Shown: piece after piece, positions 49,059-57,281 of the stretch | How the letters are laid out: each line of letters begins with the position of its first letter | Numbering within the stretch: the stretch's first letter is position 1 | Source of the DNA: an uncultured Alphaproteobacteria bacterium | GTDB taxonomy: Bacteria; Pseudomonadota; Alphaproteobacteria; Rhodobacterales; Rhodobacteraceae | Length of the DNA stretch: 64,000 bases | Reading direction: 5' to 3' | Assembly: GCA_963798765.1 (NCBI GenBank) | Contig: CAWCUP010000020.1 | Coordinates: 262,043 to 326,042, forward strand | Translations under genes and position numbers: made by a program | The notes under the pieces: generated by a model | Seen by the model: the letters and a program-made list of their open reading frames with translations, nothing else | What the model was told of the DNA's origin: nothing | The model's database searches: none

Positions 49059-51116
49059 TCAGTCCGGGTCGGAGAGGGCCTCGAGGAAGGCCGGACCGAA
49101 GCGTTCCGCCTTGGCCGGGCCGAGGATGCGTTCCAGCGCCGCGAGATCGCGGGGGCGGATCTCCGCGATCCGGGCGAGCGCGGACGCGTTGCAGGAGAGC
49201 GGCTTGCCGTTCCCGTCCGCGCCGTTCGCCAGCGCCCGCTGCGCGGCCTCCAGCCGGTCGTAGAGCGGCCCGCCAGCGCCGCCGGCCAGCCTGCGCCGCG
49301 CGGGATGCGGAATCTCCGCGCCGGCGCCCGCGATCACCTTGAGGAAATCCGGGCCGAAGCGGTCGAGCTTGACCGCGCCCACGCCGGAGATGCCGCGCAT
49401 CTCGTCGAGGGTCGCCGGCCGCCTGCCCGCCATCTCGATCAGGGTGCGGTCGGGAAAGATGACGTAGGCCGGCACGCCGCCGGCCTCGGCCAGCTCGCGG
49501 CGCCGCGCCTTGAGCGCCGAGAGCAGGCCCTCGTCCTCCTCGGCGACCTGGGCCGCGGCCGGCGCGCGGGCGGGTCCGCGCGCGGCGCGGCTGAACGCGT
49601 CCTCGCGCAGTTCCAGCGGCTGTTCGCCGCGCAGAACCGGCCGCGCGGCCTCGGTCAGCCGCAGGGCGCCGTGGCGCGACGGGTCGGGCCGGATCAGGTC
49701 GAGGCCCATCATCTGCCGGAAGATCGCCTGCCACTGGCCCTTGGCGAATTCCTTGCCGACGCCGAAGGTGGGAAGCTGGTCGTGGCCGCGCCGCAGGATC
49801 TTCTCCGACCGGTCGCCGCGCAGGATGCCGATCAGGTGCTCGGCGCCGAAGCTCTCGCCGGTGCGCAGGATCGCCGAGAACGCTTTGCGCGCCGCCTCGG
49901 TCGCGTCGAAGAGCTTCGGGCGGTCCCGGCAGAGGTCGCAATTGCCGCAGGGCTCGGCCATCGTCTCGCCGAAATAGGCGAGCAGCGTCTGGCGCCGGCA
50001 GCGATGCGCCTCGGCCAGCCCGAGCAGCGCGTTCAGCCGCGCGTGGTCGGCGTCCTTGCGCTCCATCGGAGCGGCGCCCTCGTCGATCTGGGCGCGGCGC
50101 AGGCGGATGTCCTCGGCGCCGTAGAGCGTGAGCGTATCGGCCGGCGCGCCGTCGCGCCCCGCGCGGCCGATCTCCTGGTAGTAGGATTCGATGGATTTCG
50201 AGAGGTCGGTATGCGCCACATATCTTATGTCGGGCTTGTCGACGCCCATGCCGAAGGCGATCGTCGCGCAGACCACGAGCCCGTCCTCGACCTGGAACCG
50301 GGTCTCCGCGATGCGGCGTTCCTCCGATTCGAGCCCGGCATGGTAGGCGAGCGCGGTATGCCCCGCCTCGCGCAGCGCCTGGGCCAGAGTCTCGGTCTTG
50401 TTGCGGCTTGAGCAGTAGATGATGCCCGAGAGACCCTTCCGCGCCGCGACGAATTCGAGGATCTGTTCGCGCGGCCGGTCCTTGGGCGCGAAGGCGAGGT
50501 TGATGTTCGGACGGTCGAATCCGCGCAGGAACGTCTCGGGCGGCGTGTCGGGAAACAGGCGCCGGATGATCTCGGCGCGGGTCTCGGCGTCGGCGGTGGC
50601 GGTCAGGGCGATGGTCTGCACGCCGTTCAGCGTCCGGCGCAGCTCGCCGATGCGCAGGTAGTCGGGCCGGAAATCGTGGCCCCACTGGCTGACGCAATGC
50701 GCCTCGTCGACCGCGAGCAGGCCGACGTCGATGCGCCGCAGGAGCGCCGAGGCGCCGCCGGAAGCGAGACGCTCCGGCGCCATGTAGAGCAGCTTGAGCG
50801 CGCCCTCGTCGATGGCCGCGAAAACCGCCTCGGTCTCCTCGGGCGTGCTCTGCGAGGTGAGCGCGCCGGCGTTCACCCCCGCCGCGCGCAGGGCGCGGAC
50901 CTGGTCGCGCATCAAAGCGATCAGCGGCGAGATCACCACCGTGACGCCGGGCCGCGTGAGCGCCGGAAGCTGGAAGAGCAGCGATTTTCCGCCTCCGGTC
51001 GGCATGATCGCGAGCACGTCGCGGCCGGCCTCGACGGCGTCGACGACCTCCTCCTGGCCGGGGCGGTAGTCCGGGAAGCCGAAGACCTCGGAAAGCAGGC
51101 GTCGGGCTTCGGTCAC
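49059..51116 (-). CDS. recQ: ATP-dependent DNA helicase RecQ
   Basis: PTGGGKS, DEAHCVSQWGHDFR, FGMGVDK, QEIGRAGRDG, Zn-Cys cluster, two HRDC-like regions. Confidence 0.97.
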   Translation of the reverse strand: MTEARRLLSEVFGFPDYRPGQEEVVDAVEAGRDVLAIMPTGGGKSLLFQLPALTRPGVTVVISPLIALMRDQVRALRAAGVNAGALTSQSTPEETEAVFAAIDEGALKLLYMAPERLASGGASALLRRIDVGLLAVDEAHCVSQWGHDFRPDYLRIGELRRTLNGVQTIALTATADAETRAEIIRRLFPDTPPETFLRGFDRPNINLAFAPKDRPREQILEFVAARKGLSGIIYCSSRNKTETLAQALREAGHTALAYHAGLESEERRIAETRFQVEDGLVVCATIAFGMGVDKPDIRYVAHTDLSKSIESYYQEIGRAGRDGAPADTLTLYGAEDIRLRRAQIDEGAAPMERKDADHARLNALLGLAEAHRCRRQTLLAYFGETMAEPCGNCDLCRDRPKLFDATEAARKAFSAILRTGESFGAEHLIGILRGDRSEKILRRGHDQLPTFGVGKEFAKGQWQAIFRQMMGLDLIRPDPSRHGALRLTEAARPVLRGEQPLELREDAFSRAARGPARAPAAAQVAEEDEGLLSALKARRRELAEAGGVPAYVIFPDRTLIEMAGRRPATLDEMRGISGVGAVKLDRFGPDFLKVIAGAGAEIPHPARRRLAGGAGGPLYDRLEAAQRALANGADGNGKPLSCNASALARIAEIRPRDLAALERILGPAKAERFGPAFLEALSDPD

Positions 51117-51682
51117 GTGTCGGCGGTCAGGATGGAGATCATCGTGTCCCCATAGCGGCGGGAATCCCGCAGGGTCAAGCCGGGCGGCGGCGTCACCGCC
51201 GCGCTCTCCTCCTGGACGATCAGCGCGCCGGGCGCGATCCAGCCGCCCCGCCCCGCCGAAGCCAGCGCGCGCTCGCCGAGACCCCTGCCATAGGGCGGGT
51301 CGAGAAAGATCAGATCGAACGGCGCCGCGCCGTTCGGCCCGAGCCGTGTGGCGTCGAGCCGCAGGATCGCGGTCTCCGCCTCCGCGCCCAGACGGGCCAC
51401 GTTCATCCGCAGGATGCCGAGCGCCTTCGGGCCGTCGTCCACGAAGGTGACATGCGCCGCGCCCCGCGACAGCGCCTCGAGCCCGAGCGCGCCGGTCCCG
51501 GCGAAGAGGTCGAGCGCGCGCGCGCCTTCGGGCGGGGCCGGATCGCCGTAGCCGCCATGGGCGATCAGGTTGAACAGGCTCTCGCGCACCCGGTCAGATG
51601 TCGGGCGAAGCCGCGCGAGCGGATCGCCGCCGCCGACCGCCGCGAGCGCCGCGCCGCGATGCCGTCCGCCGATGATCCGCAT
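51113..51682 (-). CDS. rsmD: 16S rRNA m2G966 methyltransferase
   Basis: MRIIGG, RPTSDRVRESLFN, LDLFAGTGALG, FLDPPY. Confidence 0.95.
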   Translation of the reverse strand: MRIIGGRHRGAALAAVGGGDPLARLRPTSDRVRESLFNLIAHGGYGDPAPPEGARALDLFAGTGALGLEALSRGAAHVTFVDDGPKALGILRMNVARLGAEAETAILRLDATRLGPNGAAPFDLIFLDPPYGRGLGERALASAGRGGWIAPGALIVQEESAAVTPPPGLTLRDSRRYGDTMISILTADT

Positions 51683-52905
51683 CAGGCGAGATCCTTGAGG
51701 TCGGTCGCGGGATCGGCCACGCGGTCGGGGTCCGGCGACACGCCCGCCTCGATCCAGCGCTTGGCGGTCATGTACGCGCGGGGATCGTTCATCGCGTCGA
51801 TGGAGATCAGGCGCGGCCCCCGGAAATACCAGACCGACAGCCCGCCGGAACGGGCGCCCGGGCGCGTCACCACGCGGTCGTGGCCGGCGTTGAGCCCGGC
51901 GATCTGGAGCTTGACGTCGTACTGGTCCGACCAGAACCATGGCCGCGCGACGTAAGGCGCGGGATCGCCCAGCATCGCGGCGGCGGTCGCCTCGGCGTGC
52001 TCGATGGCGTTGGGGACGCTTTCGAGCCGGATGCGGCCCTCGGGCCCGGGAAAGCTCGCGCAGTCGCCGGCGGCGAAGATCGCGGGATCGGAGGTGCGGC
52101 CGGTCGCGTCGACTGCGATGCCGTTATCGACGTCGAGACCGGCGGCGCGGGCGAGATCGTCGGCGGGGGTCACGCCAATGCCGACGAGGACGAGTTCGGC
52201 GAGGATCACGCTTCCGTCCGCCAGTTCTCCGCCGGTGACGCGCCCCTCGCGGCCGGTCAGACGTTCCAGCGTCACGCCCTCCCGGATCGCGACGTCATGT
52301 GCGCGGTGCAGGTCGCGGAAGAAATCCGCCGTCTCTGGCGCCGCGACCCGCGCGAGTATGCGCGGCGCCTGCTCGATCACGGTGACGGTCAGCCGCGCCT
52401 CCGACAGGACGGCCGCGGCCTCCAGCCCGATATAGCCGCCGCCGACCACGAGCGCGCGGGTCCCGGGAGTCACGCGTCGGGCAAGCGCGTCGGCGTCGGG
52501 CAGGCCGCGCATGGTCAGCACGCCGTCCAGATCGCCGCCCATGTCGGCGGGCAGACGGCGCGGGACCGAGCCGGTGGTCAGAGCCAGCAGATCGTAGGGA
52601 AGCGTCCGCCCGTCGCGCAGCGTCACGGTCCGCGCCGCCCGGTCGATGGCGACGGCCGGCGCGCCCGTCTCCAGCGCGATGTCCTGCTCGGCGTAGAACG
52701 AGGCGGGCCGCAGGAACAGCCGCTCGCGCTCCATCTCGCCCTTGAGATAGGCCTTGGAGAGCGGCGGGCGCTGATAGGGCGGCGCGTCCTCCCCGCCGAT
52801 CAGCGTCAGCGGCCCGGTATGCCCGAGCGCGCGAAGACGGGCGGCGAGACTGGCGCCGGCCTGACCCGCGCCGACGACGACGATCCTGGGTGATTTTTCC
52901 GACAT
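51682..52905 (-). CDS. NAD(P)/FAD-dependent oxidoreductase (ferredoxin reductase family)
   Basis: GAGQAG, PYQRPPLSK, GGGYIGLE, IFAAGDC, PWFWSDQY. True start at 52905. Confidence 0.92.
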   Translation of the reverse strand: MSEKSPRIVVVGAGQAGASLAARLRALGHTGPLTLIGGEDAPPYQRPPLSKAYLKGEMERERLFLRPASFYAEQDIALETGAPAVAIDRAARTVTLRDGRTLPYDLLALTTGSVPRRLPADMGGDLDGVLTMRGLPDADALARRVTPGTRALVVGGGYIGLEAAAVLSEARLTVTVIEQAPRILARVAAPETADFFRDLHRAHDVAIREGVTLERLTGREGRVTGGELADGSVILAELVLVGIGVTPADDLARAAGLDVDNGIAVDATGRTSDPAIFAAGDCASFPGPEGRIRLESVPNAIEHAEATAAAMLGDPAPYVARPWFWSDQYDVKLQIAGLNAGHDRVVTRPGARSGGLSVWYFRGPRLISIDAMNDPRAYMTAKRWIEAGVSPDPDRVADPATDLKDLA

Positions 52906-52977
52906 GCTCTTCGCCCGCTCCGCCGGGTGGTCTATATGAAGGCGGTCGAACACCGCAACTTTGAAAAGGGGATACGC

Positions 52978-53463
52978 ATGGCTCTCGCGATCGGAGACAG
53001 ACTGCCCGACGCTTCGCTGGTCAAAATGGGAGAGGACGGTCCGGAGACGGTGGATCTCGCCGCGCGCCTCGCGGGCCGCAAGGTCGTCGTCTTCGCGCTG
53101 CCCGGCGCGTTCACCGGCCCCTGCACCACGGCGCACGTGCCCAGCTTCATCCGCACCGCCGACGACTTCCGCGCCAAGGGCGTGGACGAGATCATCTGCA
53201 TCGCCGTCAACGACCCCTTCACGCTGAAAGCCTGGGGCGAGAGCACGGGGGCGACGGCGGCCGGGATCACCATGCTCGGCGACGCGGACGGCGCGCTCAC
53301 GCGCGCGCTCGGAATGGAGTTCACCGCGCCCGAGCTCGGCCTCATCGGCCGTTCGAACCGCTACGCGCTTCTGCTGGAGGACGGCGTGATCACGCATGCG
53401 AACGTCGACGAGCCCGGGACCTGCGACATCTCCACCGGCAAATCGTTGCTGGCCACGCTCTGA
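52978..53463 (+). CDS. Peroxiredoxin, Prx5 subfamily (copy 1)
   Basis: PGAFTGPC (PxxxTxxC), VNDPF, RSNRYA; 161 aa. Confidence 0.92.
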   Translation: MALAIGDRLPDASLVKMGEDGPETVDLAARLAGRKVVVFALPGAFTGPCTTAHVPSFIRTADDFRAKGVDEIICIAVNDPFTLKAWGESTGATAAGITMLGDADGALTRALGMEFTAPELGLIGRSNRYALLLEDGVITHANVDEPGTCDISTGKSLLATL

Positions 53464-53484
53464 ATGCCGGAGATCGCATCGACG

Positions 53485-53970
53485 ATGATCGCCGTCGGCG
53501 ACCGCCTGCCGGACGCCGACCTGCTGCGCATCGGCGCCGACGGCCCCGAGACCGTCCGTCTCGGGGAGCTTCTCGCCGGGCGCAGGGTGGTGCTCTTCGC
53601 CCTGCCGGGAGCGTTCACCCCGACCTGCGACTCGGCGCATCTGCCGAGCTTCATCCGCGCCAAGCCCGGTTTCGACGCCAAGGGTGTCGACGAGATCGTC
53701 TGCGTCTCCGTCAACGACGCGCACGTGATGCGGTACTGGGGCGAGCAGTCCGGCGCCGCGAAGGCGGGGATCACGCTCCTGGCCGACGCGGACAGCGCGT
53801 TCACCAGGGCCGTCGGCATGCAGTTCAGCAACCCGGCGGTCGGCTTCCATGACCGGTCGCGGCGCTACGCGATGCTGGTCGAGGACGGCGTGGTCGGCGT
53901 GCTGAACGTCGAGGAGAAGACCGGACAATGCGGGATCAGCGCGGGCGAGACGCTGCTCGAAGCGGTCTGA
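53485..53970 (+). CDS. Peroxiredoxin, Prx5 subfamily (copy 2)
   Basis: PGAFTPTC, VNDAH, RSRRYA; 161 aa. Confidence 0.92.
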   Translation: MIAVGDRLPDADLLRIGADGPETVRLGELLAGRRVVLFALPGAFTPTCDSAHLPSFIRAKPGFDAKGVDEIVCVSVNDAHVMRYWGEQSGAAKAGITLLADADSAFTRAVGMQFSNPAVGFHDRSRRYAMLVEDGVVGVLNVEEKTGQCGISAGETLLEAV

Positions 53971-54035
53971 CGGCCGGATCGGCTTGATCCGCGCCCGGTT
54001 TTACGGTCTGAATGCGGCAAAGCCGGGAGCGGAAC

Positions 54036-55211
54036 ATGGCCGGAACCTTCTACGAGTTCTTCGCGGGCGGCGGCATGGTCCGGGCCGGCCTCGGACCGGG
54101 CTGGACCTGCCTTCTGGCCAATGATTTCGACCGCAGGAAGGCCGGGACCTACCGCCTGAACTGGGGCGGCGACGCGCTGATCGTCGGCGACATCCGCAAC
54201 ATCGCGCCCGACGAGATGCCGGGCCGGCCCGATCTGGTCTGGGGCTCGTTCCCCTGCCAGGACCTGTCGCTCGCCGGCGGCGGCGCGGGCCTTCGCGGCG
54301 ACCGCTCGGGAACCTTCTGGCCGTTCATCGACCACGTCCGCGCGCTGCGCGACGGGGACCGCGCGCCCGCGATCGTCGCGCTCGAAAACGTGCTCGGGAC
54401 GCTCACCTCGCATGGCGGAGCGGATTTCACCGCCATCTGCGCGGCGCTCCGCGATCTCGGCTACCGTTTCGGCGCCATCGTCGTCGACGCCGCGCGTTTC
54501 GTACCGCAATCCCGCCCGCGCCTGTTCGTGATCGCGTTGCGCGACGATCTCGCCCCCGCGCCATCCACCTCCGGCGACGGCCCGATGGTTCCGTGGCATA
54601 CGACCGCCGTGAAAACCGCCTTCGCCGGTCTGCCGGCAGCGCTGAAAGACGACTGGCTCTGGTGGCGGATGCCCGTGCCGGCCGCTCGCGTGGCGAAGTT
54701 CGCGGACCTTGTCGAAGAGACGCCGGATTCGACGCGCTGGCACGAGCCGGCGGAGACGACGGCGCTGCTGTCGATGATGTCGGAGGTCAATCTGGCGAAG
54801 GTCGAGACCGCCAAGGCGTCCGGTTTGCGGATGGTCGGCACGCTCTACAGGCGGACGCGTCATGAGCGCGGCGTCCGGGTCCAGCGCGCCGAGATCCGCT
54901 TCGACGACATCGCCGGCTGCCTGCGCACGCCCGCCGGCGGCTCGTCGCGCCAGTCGATCATGGTGGTCGAGGGCGACAGGATCCGCTCCCGCCTGATCTC
55001 GGCGCGCGAGACCGCGCGGCTGATGGGCCTGCCCGACACTTACCGCCTTCCGGACCTTTACAGCGAGGCGTATCACCTGACCGGCGACGGCGTCGTGGCG
55101 CCGGTCGTGCGGCACATCGCGCGACACCTCTTCGAACCGCTTCTCGCCGCCGGACGGGACGACCCCGCTCCGGCAAGGGTCTCCCCGTCGCGCGCGGCCG
55201 CCGTCGCCTGA
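54036..55211 (+). CDS. DNA (cytosine-5)-methyltransferase, orphan
   Basis: Motif I FAGGG, motif IV FPCQDLS, motif VI ENV, motif VIII QSRPRLF, motif X GDGV. Confidence 0.93.
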   Translation: MAGTFYEFFAGGGMVRAGLGPGWTCLLANDFDRRKAGTYRLNWGGDALIVGDIRNIAPDEMPGRPDLVWGSFPCQDLSLAGGGAGLRGDRSGTFWPFIDHVRALRDGDRAPAIVALENVLGTLTSHGGADFTAICAALRDLGYRFGAIVVDAARFVPQSRPRLFVIALRDDLAPAPSTSGDGPMVPWHTTAVKTAFAGLPAALKDDWLWWRMPVPAARVAKFADLVEETPDSTRWHEPAETTALLSMMSEVNLAKVETAKASGLRMVGTLYRRTRHERGVRVQRAEIRFDDIAGCLRTPAGGSSRQSIMVVEGDRIRSRLISARETARLMGLPDTYRLPDLYSEAYHLTGDGVVAPVVRHIARHLFEPLLAAGRDDPAPARVSPSRAAAVA

Positions 55212-55844
55212 TGGACCCCGATTTCTGGCACGAGCGGTGGGAGCGCGACCAGATCGGCTTTCACGAACCCGAGGCCAACGCCCTCCTGGTCGCGCATCTC
55301 GGCGCGCTCTCGCTCATCCCCGCCGCGCGGGTGTTCGTGCCGCTCTGCGGCAAGACGCGCGACATCGCGTGGCTGATGGAAAAGGGATACCGCGTCGTCG
55401 GCGCGGAACTGAGCGAACTGGCGGTCCGGCAGCTTTTCGCCGGGATGGATCTCGAGCCGGCGGTCCTCGGATCGCGGCCCGCTCCGCCGCTTCGAGGCTC
55501 CCGGCATCGACATCCTCGCGGGCGACATCTTCGACGTGACGGCGGACGTTCTCGGCCCGGTAGACGCCGTCTACGACCGGGCCGCGCTCGTGGCGCTCCC
55601 CGAGGATCTCCGCCCGCGCTACGCCGCCCATGTCCACGCGATCACCGGCGGCGCGCGGCAGCTGCTGATCTGCTTCGAATACGACCAGAGCGTGATGCCC
55701 GGCCCGCCGTTCTCGGTCGACGCCGCCGAGGTGGAGCGCGTCCACTCCCCGCGCTACCGCCTCACGCGCCTCGCCGCCGTTCCGGTCGAAGGCGGCCTCA
55801 AGGGCAGATGCCCCGCCACGGAAACCGTCTGGCTCCTGCGCTGA
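55211..55844 (+). CDS. tpm: Thiopurine/Se/Te S-methyltransferase, +1 frameshift near 55463
   Basis: FWHERW...QIGFH, VFVPLCGK, YDRAALVAL, GPPFSV. The 634-nt span is 3n+1. Confidence 0.88.
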
Positions 55845-55854
55845 GCGCGCCCGG

Positions 55855-56223
55855 TCAGCCGCCCGAATGGTGCAGCTTGCACAGGCACTCCACCGGCTCC
55901 GAATGGTCCCGCTGCACCTCGACGCCGTCGCCCGCCAGCCTGTCCATTTTCCGCGCCAGATCGATGTCGAGCGCGCTCAGCCCGTCGCAGGAATGCGTGG
56001 TCAGCGTCACGTCCACGACGTTGTAGACGTTCGACCATTCCGGATGGTGGTTCATCTTCTCCGCGACCAGCGCCGCGCGCGACATGAAGCCCCAGGCCTC
56101 GACGAAGCTGCGGAACTTCCAGATCTTGCGGATCGAATCCCGCTCCGGGTCCGCGCCCCATCCGGTCGCGCCCAGCGCGGGCAGGTCGCGGTCGCGGTCG
56201 GTCTGGCTCAGACGGTCGGTCAT
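55855..56223 (-). CDS. Pterin-4-alpha-carbinolamine dehydratase
   Basis: AEKMNHHPEWSNVY and LTTHSCDGLS. Confidence 0.92.
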   Translation of the reverse strand: MTDRLSQTDRDRDLPALGATGWGADPERDSIRKIWKFRSFVEAWGFMSRAALVAEKMNHHPEWSNVYNVVDVTLTTHSCDGLSALDIDLARKMDRLAGDGVEVQRDHSEPVECLCKLHHSGG

Positions 56224-57281
56224 GGCGGCAATCTCCGGTCCGGTTCGGTTCCGCTCGGATCATAGCGCGGGGACGGCGGGGCTCCAAGCGGCGCGGACGG
56301 GGCCGGACGGCCGGTCCGGGGCGCGCGCGGTCCGCCTCGGCGGGACGGCCGGCCGGAGCCGCCGATCGCGAGCACGAGGATGATGGCGGCGCCCTGGGCG
56401 ATGTCCTGCGCGCCGGGCGGAAGACCCGCGATCTGCATGGTGACGATGATCAGGACCAGCAGAAGCGCGCCGAAGACGGTGCCGGCGGCCGTGGCCGAGC
56501 CGCCGGCGATCAGGGTTCCGCCCAGAACGACGGCGCCGACGGACTGGAGAAGGTAGGGCGACCCCATCTCCAGAAAGGCGCCCCCGGCATAGGCCGAGAG
56601 AAGCGCCCCCGTGAACGTCGCGAGCAGCGCGGAGAGGACGAACGCGAGCGTCAGTCCGAGACCGACGCGGACGCCCGCCAGACGGGCGGTATCCCAGCCC
56701 TGGCCGATCGCGCCGATCTGGCGGCCGTAGGCGAGCCGCGCGAGCGCGAAGCCCGCCGCCAGGGCGACGGCGAGGCCGACCAGGGCGGCGATCGGCACGT
56801 CCCCGATGCGGCCCGTCGCCAGGAAGGCGAGCGCGTCGGCGGTGCCGCCGGTCTTGATCCGGCGGTTCACCAGGAGGGTGAGGGTCGCGAGCATGTAGCC
56901 CGTCGCCAGCGTCGCGATGATCGCGGGAATGCGCAGAAGCACGACGAGCGCCGCGTTGACGAGCCCGGTCCCGAGGCCGAGCGCCGCGAGCGCGCCGAGC
57001 GTGACCGGCAGACGCGCGTCCTCGCCGCCCGAGACCGCGACGGTCGTGAAGGCCGCGAGGGTCACGACGCTCGGGATCGACAGGTCGATGTTGCCGCGTC
57101 CGGTGGTGATCACCAGCATCTGGCCGATGGCGGCGACGGTCAGGAAGGCGGCCGACGTGGCGACGCCGCTCAGCGAGTGCAGACTGATCCGGTCCGTCAG
57201 CGCGGCGAGACACGCCCAGAGCAGCAGGACGCCGACGGCCGCCGGGATCCAGCGGCGCCGGGCGAGGAGGTCATGGAGCAT
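56220..57281 (-). CDS. Sugar ABC transporter permease (RbsC/CUT2 family)
   Basis: GNIDLS, IPAIIATL, AVVLGGT; multiple TM helices; low-complexity C-tail. Confidence 0.88.
   Translation of the reverse strand: MLHDLLARRRWIPAAVGVLLLWACLAALTDRISLHSLSGVATSAAFLTVAAIGQMLVITTGRGNIDLSIPSVVTLAAFTTVAVSGGEDARLPVTLGALAALGLGTGLVNAALVVLLRIPAIIATLATGYMLATLTLLVNRRIKTGGTADALAFLATGRIGDVPIAALVGLAVALAAGFALARLAYGRQIGAIGQGWDTARLAGVRVGLGLTLAFVLSALLATFTGALLSAYAGGAFLEMGSPYLLQSVGAVVLGGTLIAGGSATAAGTVFGALLLVLIIVTMQIAGLPPGAQDIAQGAAIILVLAIGGSGRPSRRGGPRAPRTGRPAPSAPLGAPPSPRYDPSGTEPDRRLPP

Noticed and set aside
52906-53928. 340-aa N-terminal extension of the flavoreductase ORF (51682-53928)
   Set aside because: It is the antisense reading of the two peroxiredoxin genes. 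The Rossmann motif starts right after Met 52905.
56220-56360. Arg/Pro-rich tail of the last permease as a functional domain
   Set aside because: It is low-complexity GC-rich sequence running to the next gene's start, more likely a lost stop or an indel than a domain.
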